This document shows positions 63,947 through 64,000 of a stretch of 64,000 bases of DNA, one piece after another (position 1 is the stretch's first letter; each line of letters opens with the position of its first letter). The position numbers were made by a program, and so were the translations under genes. The notes below the pieces were generated by a model. The model ran no database searches and was not told where the DNA came from. It saw nothing but the letters and a program-made list of their open reading frames with translations. The stretch comes from an uncultured Acidobacteriota bacterium. GTDB lineage: Bacteria > Acidobacteriota > Vicinamibacteria > Vicinamibacterales > 2-12-FULL-66-21. The stretch spans positions 165,414 to 229,413 of the forward strand of contig CAWIKP010000018.1 in NCBI GenBank assembly GCA_963836735.1, given 5' to 3'.

Positions 63947-64000
63947 ATGGCTGCGCTGCTCGAACGATTCCGCGTCCCCCTGAGCTGGTCTCAGCTGCTC
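63947..64000 (+). CDS. 5' end of a gene cut by the window edge (possibly YihY/BrkB-like)
   Basis: MAALLERFRVPLSWSQLL, only 18 codons visible, so the product assignment is weak. Confidence 0.35.
   Translation, partial: MAALLERFRVPLSWSQLL

Overview
High-GC bacterial chromosome window. The gene content (Tad pili, Ser/Thr kinase-TPR proteins, secreted M14/M28 peptidases, DUF1800/DUF1501) suggests Acidobacteriota, Vicinamibacteria-like; this is an inference. Many ordinary genes carry small frameshifts, most likely uncorrected long-read indels, so several CDS boundaries are stitched from adjacent frames. In order: (1) a Tad/Flp pilus locus on the minus strand (1-9100); (2) a divergent sigma54-like unit encoding a small membrane protein, a pseudo-receiver protein with about 19-20 copies of a 19-aa repeat, and a GT87-like glycosyltransferase; (3) a coupled SNF2 helicase + adenine methyltransferase pair resembling DISARM DrmD/DrmMI without drmABC, followed by a GAF/His-less HisKA protein; (4) a TauE + persulfide dioxygenase-rhodanese module; (5) two kinase-TPR genes and panE; (6) a roughly 1500-aa secreted protein with PFTQQ repeats; (7) hydrolases; (8) a putative N-demethylation cluster; (9) M28, DUF1800 and DUF1501 genes; (10) a PLP D-amino-acid aldolase-like gene, an orphan BMC shell gene and phhB; (11) TetR, MFP and an RND permease fused in frame to TolC through an internal signal peptide; (12) thiO and a large M14 peptidase. 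Short tandem and inverted repeat elements sit in several intergenic gaps. I saw no rRNA, tRNA, CRISPR array or transposase. The best candidates for undescribed systems are the RND-TolC polyprotein, the DrmD/DrmMI-like pair, the Tad-linked pseudo-receiver repeat protein, the orphan BMC gene beside an aldolase, and the PFTQQ protein.
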